A DNA stretch of 64,000 nt from positions 73,386-137,385 of the forward strand of contig CAVRKH010000006.1 in NCBI GenBank assembly GCA_963721655.1, given 5' to 3'. The translations under genes were made by a program, and so were the position numbers. The notes under the pieces are model-generated. The model saw only the letters and a list, made by a program, of their open reading frames with translations. It searched no databases and was not told the origin of the DNA. Source of the DNA: an uncultured Chloroflexia bacterium. Lineage in GTDB: Bacteria; Chloroflexota; Limnocylindria; Limnocylindrales; CSP1-4. Positions 1 through 11,225 of the stretch are shown here, piece after piece (the stretch's first letter is position 1; the number at the start of each line of letters is the position of its first letter).

Positions 1-79
1 CTTCTGTGGCGGGGGCCGCAACCGTCACGTTCGATGCCTCCGCCCCGCAGCCCGCGCCCGAGGCGGCGCCGGCTCCCCG

Positions 80-901
80 CTAATCGAGCCAGGAGTGCTC
101 GGGGTCGTAACCAAGGACCTCGCGGGCGTGGTCGATCGCGAGCAGCGTCTCCCGGCCCTGGATCGGGCGGGTCAACGGCACGTTCGCGTAGACCTCCGCC
201 ATCAGGTCGGCGCTGTCGCGCCGCATGCACGTGTCCGCGGCGGCGATGATCGCCACCTCGGCGCCGGCCACGTCCGCCTCAAGGGAACGGCGAACGGCGT
301 GCGCCACGTCCCGCACGTCGACGTATCCCCACAGGTTCCATTTCCGCGCCACGGGATCGTCCTGCCACGTCTGGAACCGGGCGTAGTCGGGCGGCTCCAT
401 GATGTTCGAGATTCGCAGGCCGACGAACGGAACGCTCGTCCGGCGGGCGAACTGCTCGGCCATCCGCTCGCCGACGAGCTTGGACAGAGCGTAGGACGTC
501 TCGGGTCGCGGTGGGTGGGTTTCATCGATGGGCGCGAACGCCGGTGGCTCGTCGAACGGTAGCCCGAGCACCGTCTCGCTCGATGCCCACACCACCCGCC
601 CAACACCGCGGTCGACGGACGCCGCAAAGACGTTGTACGTCGACATGGCGTTGTTGCGGAAGGTCTCGCCGGCCGGCCGGATGTCGGGGGCGGGGATCGC
701 GGCCAGGTGAACCACCGCGTCGGCGCCGGCAATCACCTCGTGACATTGGCCGAGATCGGTCAGGTCGGCCATGACGCACAGCCCGTGCGCCGAGCCGTCA
801 TGGATGACGTCGACGTTGAGCACCTCGTGACCCCGGTCACGAAGGTCGCGCACCACCCAACGCCCTGCTTTGCCGCTGCCACCGGTGACGACGATCCGCA
901 T
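80..901 (-). CDS. NAD-dependent epimerase/dehydratase family protein
   Basis: N-terminal Rossmann motif MRIVVTGGSGKAG and a YxxxK-like SYALSK motif. ATG at 899-901 is preceded by a GGGAGGA RBS 4-5 nt upstream on the minus strand. The track ORF 80..922 has 7 extra N-terminal residues before this start. Confidence 0.8.
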   Translation of the reverse strand: MRIVVTGGSGKAGRWVVRDLRDRGHEVLNVDVIHDGSAHGLCVMADLTDLGQCHEVIAGADAVVHLAAIPAPDIRPAGETFRNNAMSTYNVFAASVDRGVGRVVWASSETVLGLPFDEPPAFAPIDETHPPRPETSYALSKLVGERMAEQFARRTSVPFVGLRISNIMEPPDYARFQTWQDDPVARKWNLWGYVDVRDVAHAVRRSLEADVAGAEVAIIAAADTCMRRDSADLMAEVYANVPLTRPIQGRETLLAIDHAREVLGYDPEHSWLD

Positions 902-1031
902 CGAATCCTCCCGAGACCGCAATCGTATGACCGCATCCGCATGCTAACCTTTGCACATGTCGAATGGCGGCCGGGAATTCGAGGAAGAACCGAAAGGGGC
1001 GAACGGGCGGCCGGGGGGTCGACTGACCACG

Positions 1032-2043
1032 ATGCGCGACATCGCCCGTGAGGCGGGCGTCTCGCAGAGCACGGTGTCCCGCGTGCTCAACGACGCCCCC
1101 ACGCGCGTGCCGATCGCTGCCGAAACGCGCGAGCGCGTCACCGTCGCAGCGCGCCGCCTCAGATACCGTCCCAACCCGTTGGCGCGCGGGCTGCGCGGCG
1201 CCTCGACCATGCTGATCGGCGCCGTCGTCCGCGACATCACCGACCCCTTCTTCGCGGGCGCGATCGAGGCCCTGTCGGTGGAGGCCAGGGCGCGCGGCTA
1301 CAACGTGGTGCTCGGGCACGCCCACAGTCGCGCGGACGAGGCGCTCGCGCTCACCGCGGTGCTGGAGACGCGCCACTGCGACGCCATCGTGCTTCTTGGC
1401 GACGTGCAGGACCAGCCGCGCCTGCTTGCGAGACCTGAAGGATTCGCTGGTGCCGGTCGTCGCCCTGTGGCAGGGCTCCAACGCGCTCGGCGTGCCGACG
1501 ATCGACGTCGACAACCACGCCGGCGTCCGTGCCGCCGTGGACCATGTCGCAGGCCTCGGGCACGAGCGGATCGCCTTCGTCGGCGGCCGGCCGCTCGGCG
1601 ACATCCTCGAGCGAGAGGCGGCCTTCATCGAGACGATGACCGAGCGGTTCGGCGGCGTCCGCGACGGCTACCTGCAGCACGTATCGAACACGCCGGCGGG
1701 CGGCGCGACCGCGGTCGAGGTCCTCCTGCGGCTGGCCGAACCACCGACCGCGATCGTCGCGTCGACGGACACCCTCGCGTTCGGCATCCTCCATGCGGTC
1801 CATGCGCTGGGCCGCCGTGTGCCGGACGACCTGTCCGTCGTCGGGTTCGACGACATCCTGCTCGCCAGCCACACCGTCCCGGCCCTGACCACGCTGCGGA
1901 TGCCCGCCCGGGCGATCGTCGGCGAGGGCCTCGACATCGCGATCGAGCTCTCCAGGAACCCGGGGCAGCAGCCGGAGCGGTCGGTCAGGGTCATCCCTCC
2001 TGAGCTGATCATCCGGCAGTCGACCGCGCCACCACCGGGCTGA
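1032..2043 (+). CDS. LacI-family transcriptional regulator, apparent frameshift near 1426-1432
   Basis: N-terminal [23 protein letters not shown] in frame 951..2003. The periplasmic-binding-like sugar-binding domain (…VPVVALWQG…VVGFDDI…) continues in frame 1396..2043. The two frames join at [16 protein letters not shown] / [12 protein letters not shown]. Confidence 0.75.
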
Positions 2044-2108
2044 CGCCTCGGTGCGCCAGGCGCACACATGATGGTCGGGCACCGCTCGCATTCGTCGAGG
2101 AGGATCCG

Positions 2109-3631
2109 GTGAACCAGCGACATGCCAGCGCGGAGCCGATCCAGTCGGGTCGCGCCATCCTCGGGATCGAGCTCGGCTCGACCCGCATCAAGGCATCGCT
2201 CATCGGCCCCGACACGACGCCGCTGGCGTCGGGCGCGCACGCATGGGAGAACCAGCTCAAGGACGGCGTCTGGACGTATGACATCGAGGACGTCTGGAAG
2301 GGTCTCGCCGCGTGCTTTGCCTCGCTTGTCGACGACGTGCGCGCGCAGTACTCGCTCGAGCTGAAGACCGTCGCGGCGATGGGCGTCAGCGGGATGATGC
2401 ACGGGTACGTGGCCCTGGACGCCGAGGGAAGGCTCCTCGTGCCATTCCGGACGTGGCGCAACAACATCACCGGCGAGGCGTGCGCCGAGCTGAGCCCGCT
2501 GCTCGACTTCGCCGTGCCGCAGCGCTGGAGCATCGCCCACCTGTACCAGTCGATCCTCGAGCAGCAGCCGCACGTGCCACGGATCGCCCACCTCACCACG
2601 TTGGCCGGGTACGTCCACTGGAGCCTGACCGGTGAGCACACGGTTGGCGTGGGCGAGGCCTCAGGGATGTTCCCCATCGACCCGCGCACGCGGTGACTGG
2701 GACGCCGCGCGGATGGAGCGCTTCGAGGCCCTGATCGCGCCCGCGCAACCTGGGCTGGAAGCTCCGCGACATCCTTCCTGCCGTCCTGCCCGCCGGCCGC
2801 CAGGCCGGCACGCTCACCGCCGAGGGCGCGAAGCTGCTCGACCCTTCGGGCACCCTCGTCCCCGGCATCCCGCTGTGTCCTCCCGAGGGCGACGCCGGCA
2901 CGGGCATGGTCGCCACCAACGCCGTCCGCCCACGCTCCGGGAATGTCTCCGCGGGCACCTCGGTGTTCGCGATGATCGTGCTGGAACGGAGCCTGGCGCG
3001 CGTCCACGAGGAGATCGACATCGTCGTGACGCCCGACGGGATGCCGGTCGCCATGGTCCACTCCAACAACGGCTCCTCCGATCTCGATGCCTGGATCGCC
3101 CTCTTCGGCCAGGTGGCCAAGGCGCTGGGCGCCGAGGCGCGTCTCGAGGACCTCTACGCGAAGCTGCTGCCGCTGGCGGTGCAGGGAGACCCGGACGCGG
3201 GCGGGCTCCTCTCCATCAACTACGTGTCCGGCGAGCACATGACCGGCTTCACGGAGGGCCGACCGCTGTTCGCGCGCAACCAGGACGGCAACTTCACCCT
3301 CGAGAACTTCATTCGGGCGATGTACTTCGCCTCGCTCTGCGCCCTGCGGACCGGGATGAACATCCTGACCGAGCAGGAGGGTGTGATCGTCGAAGAGATC
3401 CGCGGTCACGGCGGGTTCTTCAAGGGGGGCGACACCGGGCAGCGCATGATGGCCGCCGCGCTCAACGTCCCGGTCAGCATTCCCGCAACCGCCGGCGAGG
3501 GCGGGGCCTGGGGCATGGCCGTCCTGGCCGCCTACATGCTCCGCGCCGACGACCAGCAGTCGCTGCCCGACTACCTCGACGAGCGGATTGCCGACGAGCA
3601 TCGGCACCCCGATCAAGCCCGACCCGCGTGA
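2109..3631 (+). CDS. FGGY-family pentulose kinase, xylulokinase-like (L-ribulokinase candidate by context), two apparent frameshifts near 2690 and 2760
   Basis: N-terminal [17 protein letters not shown] and [28 protein letters not shown] match FGGY N-domain motifs (compare XylB GIAGQMHG…LRPAILWND). The C-domain ([23 protein letters not shown]) is in frame 2906..3631. The middle piece [22 protein letters not shown] is in a third frame (2632..). Confidence 0.75.
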
Positions 3632-3725
3632 CGTGATGGGTTTCGCGGAGTTCTTCGCACGACACGAGAAAGGGCTCACCCATCGAGCGCGAGGCGGTGA
3701 AGGCGCTGCGCTGACCAGTCGCTGC

Positions 3726-4436
3726 TCACCTGGGCTGGCCGTAGTACGCGCCGGCGCCGTGCTTCCGGTCGAAGTGCCGGGCAAGGAGCTCGCCGCCGAT
3801 CTCGGAGGTGGACGCCTCGATCACAAGGGTCCTGAAGGCCATCGCAGCGATGGCCTCGAGGGCAATCGCCGCCTCGACGGCGGCCGTGACGCTCGGGCCC
3901 CAGACGAAGGGACCGTGCGACGCCACGAGGACGGCCGGCGCCTCGACCGCGGACCGCGCAGCGAGCTCGAGCGTTTCGACGATGACCCGCCCCGTGTCCT
4001 CCTCGTAGGCGTCGCCGAGCTCCTCCGGGCGGAGCGCACGGGTCACGGGCACCTCCCCCCTGAAGAAGTCCGCATGCGTGGTGCCGAAGCACGGAATGGG
4101 CCGGCCGGCCTGCGCCCAGGCGCTGGCGTACGGCGAGTGGGTGTGCACGACGCCCCCGATGTCGGGGAAGGCCTCGTACAGGACGCGGTGCGTCGGCGTG
4201 TCGACAGACGGCCGCTTGTCGCCTTCGACGACGCGTCCGTCATCGAGCGAGACGACGACCAGGTCCTCCGGTCCAAGCGTCGCGTACGGCGCGCCGCTGG
4301 GCTTGATGACGAGGACGCCCGCGTCGCGGTCCACGCCGCTCACGTTCCCGAACGAGAGCGTGACCAGGCCCGCCCGATCGATCGCCGCGTTCGCCTCCGC
4401 GACCTCGACCCGGAGGGCATCGAGGGACCCGATCAC
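3726..4436 (-). CDS. araD: L-ribulose-5-phosphate 4-epimerase
   Basis: Collinear with E. coli AraD: SFGNVSGVDRDAGVLVIKPSG, DTPTHRVLYEAFP, GGVVHTHSPYASAWAQAG, GTTHADFF, GPFVWGPS, KHGAGAYYGQ. The likely GTG start at 4436 forms a GTGA overlap with the upstream GH127 stop. The track ORF extends to 4502. Confidence 0.9.
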   Translation of the reverse strand: MIGSLDALRVEVAEANAAIDRAGLVTLSFGNVSGVDRDAGVLVIKPSGAPYATLGPEDLVVVSLDDGRVVEGDKRPSVDTPTHRVLYEAFPDIGGVVHTHSPYASAWAQAGRPIPCFGTTHADFFRGEVPVTRALRPEELGDAYEEDTGRVIVETLELAARSAVEAPAVLVASHGPFVWGPSVTAAVEAAIALEAIAAMAFRTLVIEASTSEIGGELLARHFDRKHGAGAYYGQPR

Positions 4437-6326
4437 GCGGGCGCCTCCCCGTCGCCCGTCGGGATCCACACGCGCATGGCGCCCGGTCGCCGGTTCGCCC
4501 ACGCGAAGTACGGAATCGCGTCCACTTCATCGTTCGAACTGGTGGCGACGTGGACGCCGACGACGGAAGGAGCAACGTCGTCCCGCTTTGTATCGGCGAT
4601 GATGGGCTGACCCACACGGACGTCCTCGAGCTCGACGCCTCGCGACAGGTCAGCGGCCTCGAGGCAGTACACGAGCGGCCCGCGTTCGACGGCCACGCTC
4701 CCGCGGACGGCATCGATCCGGCGGTCGGGCACCGTCACCCGCGGGACCACCCCCAGGTCGAGCTCGATCCGCTCGCCGGCCTGCCACTGGCGCGTCCAGT
4801 CCGCCGTCCGCCGGCCGGTCACGTCGTGCGGCGCCTCACCCGGGCCACTGGCGTTCGCCGCCGTCGACCAGGCCGGAACGCGGAGGCCGATCCGGACGGG
4901 TGCCTCGGGTGCCTCGTCGACGGTCACCGTGACGCGGCCCGACCACGGGTAGTCCGTGGCCACCGACAGACGGAGGGAGGAACCACCAACCACCGCGGCG
5001 ATCTCGGACGAGGCGTACTGGTGGATGGTCACGCCGGCGTCGTCCGTCGTCGCGAGATAGGCCGGCCACGAGGCGAACGTGCGCATGAGGTTGGGCGGGC
5101 AGCACGCACACGGGAACCACGGTGAGCGCTCCGCTGCCGCGTCCTCCTCGGCCACGCGATGCGTCCGCCGCTGGAGCGGGTTCTCGTACGAGAACGACAC
5201 GCCGTCGAGGCCGACGCCCGCGAGCACCCCGTTGAGGATCGTGCGCTCGAGGACGTCCGCGTGCGCGGGATCGCCGGTGGCGAGCAGGAGACGCCACGAC
5301 AACATGACGCTCGCGATGGCGGCACACGTTTCGGCGTAGGCACGGTCGGGCGGCAGTTCGAATGGGTCACCGAACGCCTCGTCGCGGTGGCGGCTGCCAA
5401 GGCCGCCGGTCAGGTAGCTGCGGGACGCCACCATGTCGCGTCGGCGCCGAAGAACCGCCTCGAGCAGCTCCTCGTCGCCGAGCTCGACGGCAACGTCGAC
5501 GGCTCCGCTGTCGAGATAGAGCTGACGGACGGCATGACCGGCAACGGTCGGCGCGGAGCGGACCGGCGCGTGGTCCTGCCAATACGCGGGGCCAAACCGA
5601 CCCTCGCCGAGGAGTCCGTGGCCGCGTCCCTCGAGCAGGTGAGACGCAAGGCGGAGCCAGCGTTCCTCGCCCGTGACCCGGTACAGCTCGACGAGCGCCA
5701 TCTCGATCCCGGGATGTCCGTCGATGCCCGGCCGGCCGCCGGGTCCGAGCGCGGCGTCGACGTGCGCCGCCACGCGCGTGGCGATCGCGAGCAACCGGTC
5801 GTCACCCAGCGCGCGGTGCCAGGCCACGGCCGCCTGGATCAGGTGCCCGAAGCAGTACAGCTCGTGGCCCCACAGCAGGTCGGTGTAGGGACGCCCGCCG
5901 CCGAGTACCTGGACGAACGTGTTCAGGTAGCCGTCGTCGCGCTGCGCCCGGGTGACGAGGTCGATCGCCTCGTTCGCGGCGCTCCCGATGTCGTCGTCCC
6001 AGGCCCGGCCGAGCTCCCAGCCCGTCGCCTCGAGCCACTTGTAGACGTCCGAGTCGAGGAACGGGAACGGGCCCTCGAACATCATCCCGAGCGCGCGGTA
6101 GCCATCGGTCGCAAGGTCGGCCGCGAGCCGGAAGTTGTGCAACGTTCCGGCCGCCTGGAGCTGGGCATATCCGTGCGGGATCGTCCGCTCGCGATTGATC
6201 TCCAGCCGATCCGCCCAGAACCCGCCGACTGACGCGAACGTCGCCGAGACCGAGCGGCCGGAATGTCCCTCGCGCGCGACTCGATGGCTCGACCGGCGCG
6301 GCGACCCGCCCGGTGTCGATCGCCAC
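4433..6326 (-). CDS. Glycoside hydrolase family 127 (DUF1680, beta-L-arabinofuranosidase HypBA1-like), apparent frameshift near 6265-6290
   Basis: Long conserved GH127 body including the Cys-rich zinc motif FPCACCPPNLMR. The track ORF starts at TTG 6142 (MHNFRL). Manual translation of the same frame upstream gives the conserved SVSATFASVGGFWADRLEINRERTIPHGYAQLQAAGTL with no start codon before the stop at about 6329. A second frame (5802..6326) supplies MAIDTGRVAAPVEPS. Together this indicates an N-terminal indel. Confidence 0.85.
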
Positions 6327-6374
6327 GATCAGATCCCCCCGCGAAGGTGGTAGTACGCCTGGTTCCAGCGCAGC

Positions 6375-7843
6375 TCACGCCGGAACGCGCGGGACGGTCG
6401 TCGCGGCGTCGATCGACACGAGCTCGATGTCGGCGATCTCGGCGAAGTCCTCGATCGGCTCGACCGGCAGCGCCGTCGTCAGGGCCGTGTGGTGCGGACC
6501 GCCGGCGGTCAGCCACGCCTCCGCCGCCGTCGCCAGGTCGGGCCGCGGCCGCCACACCGCCCGCGCGACAGGGAGCGCCGGCAGCGGGCGCATCGGGCTC
6601 GACGATGTCGACCGTGCTGGAGATCAGCCGGAACCGCCTGCCCGAGATCGGCCAGCCCCAGGATGACCGCCGGGCCCGGGGCTGCGTCGAAGACAAGCCG
6701 GACCGGGTCCGAACGGCCGCCGATCGAGAGCGGGTGGATCTCGCACGAGACGTGGCCGTTCGCGATCGACGGACAGACCTCGAGCATGTGCGCGCCGAGG
6801 ACCTCGGGGACCGGATCGCCCAGGTGATAGGTGTAGTCCTCCATGAAGGACGTGCCGCCGGGCAGGCCCTCGGCCATGACCTTGAGGATGCGCACCAGCG
6901 CGCCGGCTTTCCAGTCGCCCTCGGCGCCGAAGCCGTAGCCGTCGGCCATGAGCCGCTGGACGGCGATGCCGGGCAGCTGGCGCAGCTCGCCGAGGTCCTC
7001 GAACGTGTCGGTGAACGCGCCGAACCCGCCTTCCTCGAGGAACGAGCGGAGCGCCACCTCGATGCGTGCCGCGTAGCGCAGCTCGTCGTGGCGGGCGCCG
7101 CCGACGCGCAGCGGCTCGCCCACGTCGTACGCGGCTTCGTACTGCGCGACAGTGCCGTCGATTCGGTCGTCGGGCGCGCGGTCCACCGCGGCTGCCAGCT
7201 CGTTCACGCCGTAGCCGTTGACGGCAAAACCGAGCCGGACCTGGGCCTCGACCTTGTCGCCTTCCGTAACCGCGACCTCGCGCATGTTGTCGCCGAAGCG
7301 TGCGATGCGCAGGTGCTGGGACTCGTGCCAGCCCGCGGCTGCCCGGGTCCACCAGCCCAGCCGTCGCGCGACGGCCGCGTCGTCCCAGTGCCCGACGATC
7401 GTCTTCCGGCCGCGCCCCAGCCGTGACTGGATGAACGCGAACTCCCGGTCCCCGTGGGCCGACTGGTTGAGGTTCATGAAGTCCATGTCGATCTGCGCCC
7501 ACGGCAGATCGCGGTTGAACTGCGTGTGCAGGTGGACCAGCGGCTTGCGCAGGTTCGTCAACCCGCCGATCCACATCTTGGCCGGCGAGAAGGTGTGCAT
7601 CCAGGCGATGACCCCGATGCACGCGTCGGACGCGTCGGCGGCGGCCAGCATCCGGGCGATCTCGTCGGGCGTCGTCACCACGCGCTGGGGGACGATCCGG
7701 ACCGGGATGTCGGCCGACTCCTCGAGGCACTCGGCGATCCGGCGCGCGTGCTCCTCGACCGTTCGCAGAGTCTCCGGTCCGTACAGGTGCTGGCTACCGG
7801 TGACGAACCAGGCCTCCAGCTCGCGCAGCGCCTGGTGGCTCAT
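6375..7843 (-). CDS. araA: L-arabinose isomerase, apparent frameshift near 6600-6640
   Basis: [26 protein letters not shown]…FMEDYTYHL…EVCPSIA match AraA. The start ATG overlaps the upstream permease stop (ATGA). The C-terminus [13 protein letters not shown]…[13 protein letters not shown]…IELVSID lies in frame 6375..6593. Confidence 0.9.
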
Positions 7844-8658
7844 CCCTTCACCGCCCCGGACATGAAGCCGCGCATGTAGTAGCGCTGGAGCAGGACGAAG
7901 ATGAGGATGCAGGGCAGCGCCATGACCACGACGCCTGCCTCGGTTGCGCCGTAGTCGATGACACCCATCGTCTGCTGCCGCAGGACCGCGATCGCCAGCG
8001 GCAGCGGCGACTGGCTGGGGTCGCTGATGAGGATCAGCGGCGCAAAGAAGTCGTTCCAGGAGGCAAGGAACGCGAAGAGGACGACCGTGATCAGGCCCGG
8101 AATGACCGCGGGAAGCATGATGCTGCGCAGGACATCGAAGGAGTTGGCGCCGTCGACCAGTGCCGATTCCTCGAGCTCGCGGGGCACCACTTCGAACGAG
8201 ATCCGCATCATGAATGTCGCGAACGGCAGCTGGTACACGGACAGCACGAGGCTCAGGCCGAGCAGGGTGTTGTCGAGGTTCAGCTGGCGCAGCAGCACGT
8301 ACAGCGGGATCAGCAGGGTCGCGCCCGGAACCATCAGGATGGCCAGCGTGAGCAGGAACAGGATGTTCTTGCCCGGGAACTGGAAGCGGGCGAACGAATA
8401 GCCGCCCAGCGTCGAAACGGTCACCGTGAAGAACACCGTCAGCGCCGCGATGATGACGCTGTTCGAGAAGTACCTGGGCAGGCCTTCCTGGAAGTCGAAC
8501 AGCCGCTGGTAGTTGCCAAGACCGTAGCCGAACGTCTGCGCCGAGCCGGCCTGGGCGCTGAACGATGCGATCGTGGCCCACGCGATCGGGAACAGGAAGA
8601 TGATGACGAGGCCGCCGGTCAAGACGTAGTACGGCGTCCGGGCGAACATCGATCTCAT
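7840..8658 (-). CDS. Carbohydrate ABC transporter permease (MalG/AraQ-like)
   Basis: Six-TM permease with the EAA-like loop region (…[25 protein letters not shown]…). Intact ORF. Confidence 0.85.
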   Translation of the reverse strand: MRSMFARTPYYVLTGGLVIIFLFPIAWATIASFSAQAGSAQTFGYGLGNYQRLFDFQEGLPRYFSNSVIIAALTVFFTVTVSTLGGYSFARFQFPGKNILFLLTLAILMVPGATLLIPLYVLLRQLNLDNTLLGLSLVLSVYQLPFATFMMRISFEVVPRELEESALVDGANSFDVLRSIMLPAVIPGLITVVLFAFLASWNDFFAPLILISDPSQSPLPLAIAVLRQQTMGVIDYGATEAGVVVMALPCILIFVLLQRYYMRGFMSGAVKG

Positions 8659-8665
8659 ATGTCGC

Positions 8666-9598
8666 TCATGCCACTGCCGTCCCGCGACGAAGCAGCCGGA
8701 ACCAGATCATGTTGAGGATCAGGAGCGCGCCCAGCAGGACGAGCGAGATGGCGGCGGCGGTACCGAGGTTCTGCCGCACGAAGGCCTGCTGGTAGATGAG
8801 CTGCACGATGGTGACCGTGGAGTTGTCCGGGCCACCCTTGGTGAGCAGGTAGAAGTGGTCGAACGCCAGCAGCGATCCGGTCACGCAGAGGATCAGCGCG
8901 AGCGCGAGTGACGGGCGCAACAGCGGCAGCGTGATGTGCCGGAAGATCTGCATCCGACCGCCGCCGTCGATCGACGCGGCCTCGTACAGCTCCGTGGGGA
9001 TGCCCTGCAGGCCGACCAGCAGGATGAGCATGTACAGACCGACGAACTTCCAGACGATCATGAAGACCGTCGAGAGGAAGGCATTCGTGTGCGTCGCGAA
9101 GAACAGGATCGGTTTGTCGATCAGGCCGACGTCCTGGAGGAGCGGGTTCACGGGCCCGATGCTGTCCGAGTAGAAGCCCCAGAACAGCAGCGACGCGGCC
9201 GCGAGGCCGACCGCCAGCGGGATGAGGAACACGGTGCGCAGCATCCCGACCCAGCGGCTCGTCTCCTGCACGATGAGGGCGAGGCCGAGTCCCAGGCCGA
9301 TGAGCAGGACGGTCACGATGACCGTGTAGCGGATCGTGAACTCGATGGCCGGCCAGAACAGCGGGTTGTTGTTGAGCGCCCCGTAGTTCGTCGGGAAGTT
9401 GATCCCCTTGTCGCCGCCGAGGAGCTTCCAGTCGCTCGCGGACATCTGGCCCACGAGCAGCAGCGGCGCGATGAAGAACACGACCACGAACACCAGCGTC
9501 GGCAGCGCGTACATGAAGCCCGCGAGACTCCGCCGGCGACCCAGGGCACCGGGCCGGACGGTCAGCCTTCGGGCGGCGAGCCGCGATGTGACGCTCAT
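8666..9598 (-). CDS. Carbohydrate ABC transporter permease (MalF/AraP-like)
   Basis: Multi-TM permease with EAASIDGGGRMQIFRHITLP. Intact ORF, 8 nt from the next permease. Confidence 0.85.
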   Translation of the reverse strand: MSVTSRLAARRLTVRPGALGRRRSLAGFMYALPTLVFVVVFFIAPLLLVGQMSASDWKLLGGDKGINFPTNYGALNNNPLFWPAIEFTIRYTVIVTVLLIGLGLGLALIVQETSRWVGMLRTVFLIPLAVGLAAASLLFWGFYSDSIGPVNPLLQDVGLIDKPILFFATHTNAFLSTVFMIVWKFVGLYMLILLVGLQGIPTELYEAASIDGGGRMQIFRHITLPLLRPSLALALILCVTGSLLAFDHFYLLTKGGPDNSTVTIVQLIYQQAFVRQNLGTAAAISLVLLGALLILNMIWFRLLRRGTAVA

Positions 9599-9703
9599 GG
9601 CGATGCGTGGTCCTCGGTCACTCGAGAGGATGGTGACACGGTGCGGGCCCGAGGAGGGAGACCCGCACCGTGTCGTTCACGTCAGCCTTGGATGGCGGCC
9701 CTG

Positions 9704-11087
9704 CTAGTTGCCCTGCAGGACCGATGTGATGCCCGCGTTGAGCTCGTCGATCTTCGCGTCGTCGGCGTCGTCGAAGACGGCCGCTCGGAACAGCTGGATC
9801 CACGGGCTCTGCGGGTCGTTGAACGCTGCAGTTGAAGTTGACGGCCAACGGCGTCTTGCCCTTGCCCGCAATCGTGTTGAAGAGGACCAGCCGAGGATCG
9901 GCTGAGCTGTACTGGTTGTCGGCGAGGTCGGTCCGGGCAACGACGTTGCCTCCCTTCGCCACGACCTCGACCTGGTTGTGGTCACCCAGCATCCAGGTGA
10001 TGAAGTTCCAGGCCGCCTCGGGGTTCTTGGCGTCCTTGGAGATGCCGATGCTGTCGCCACCGACGAAGGTGGACTCACCGCCGTTTACGCCGGCGATGGC
10101 AGTCACGCCGAGGTTGTCGAGCGGCATGCCCTCGCTCTCCTGGAGGCTGGCAGGCATCGGCATGATGCCAACCTTGCCCGCGGGGAACGGTTGGGTCCAG
10201 GTGGGACCGGCTTCCTGCTGGGATTCGGGGTTGATGACGCCCTCGTCCCACAGCGCGTTGAAGGTCTTGTAGATCTCCTTGGCGTCGGCGGAGTTGAGGA
10301 GCGCCTCGGTGCCATCCGCGTTCATGACGTCGCCGCCACCGGCCCAGATGATCGGCCACCAGGTGAAGACGTTGCAGCCGCCGCAGTTCCCGCCGAAGGA
10401 GGTGCCGTAGGTGCCGTCGATGCCGAGCTTCTGGACGGCACGCGCGGCGTCGGCGAACTCCTTGAGCGTCTTGGGCGGATTCTCCGGATCGAGCCCGGCC
10501 TGCGTGAACAGGTCCTTGTTGTACATCCACACGGACAGGTCGATGATGAACGGCAGGCCGTACTTCTTGCCTTCCCAGGTCGACGCGTCGATGTGCGCCG
10601 GGCCGACGTTCTCGATACCGGGCAGCCCGTTGATGCGGTCAGTGAGGTCCGCGAACAGACCCTGTGACGTCCAGTTCGGCATGAACACGACGTCGGCCGA
10701 GAACAGGTCCGGCAGCTCGCTGGCGGTCGCCGCGTTACCCACGACCCCGACGTACTCGTCCGTCGGAACGAGGCGCAGCTCGACCTTGTTCTTGTGTGTC
10801 GCGTTGTACTCGTCGACCTGCGACTGGACACGGGTCTCCGTCGCTGCACGGCTCCACATCGTGATGGTGCTGCCGTCGTCGACGCCCTGCTCGGGGATCG
10901 CGCCTGCCGCCGCGGGCGAACCAGCCGGCGCGCTCCCTGCCGGCGCGCTCGCTGCCGGCGCCTCGGACGGCGGCGGAGCCGCCGATGCCCCACCCGCCGG
11001 GCTTGACGTGGTCGTCGCTGAATTGCACGCGCCGAAGATGAGGATCGCCGCCACGATGAGGGCGGACGAGCGGAGATGCTTGGCCAT
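9704..11087 (-). CDS. Sugar ABC transporter substrate-binding lipoprotein, apparent frameshift near 9830
   Basis: MAKHLRSSALIVAAILIFGAC is a lipoprotein signal with lipobox Cys, followed by an Ala/Pro-rich linker and a family-1 solute-binding domain. The C-terminal tail AFNDPQSPWIQLFRAAVFDDADDAKIDELNAGITSVLQGN is in frame 9704..10078. The track ORF 9618..11771 over-extends 5' of the real start. Confidence 0.85.
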
Positions 11088-11225
11088 CGTGCTCCTCCTG
11101 CTTGAGCGTCGAAACGCATGGCGCAAGACGACGCAGCGCGCATAGCCTACACGAGGAAATCGAGTGCGTACAATCGTTTGCGCACAATCGCGGCCATGCT
11201 CCGGCCGACGGATAGGGAGAGCCGA

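Noticed and set aside
2009-3784. 591-aa minus-strand ORF overlapping the FGGY kinase; similarly 6263..7426 (+) over araA, 6624..7730 (-), 10322..11143 (-) and 26575..27530 (-).
   Set aside because: Off-frame or antisense reading of genuine genes. The products are Arg/Pro/Ser-rich nonsense without conserved motifs.
6140-6142. TTG at 6142 as the GH127 start, as implied by the ORF track.
   Set aside because: A conserved GH127 N-terminal sequence continues upstream in the same frame and then in another frame to 6326. The TTG is an internal Leu codon exposed by a frameshift.
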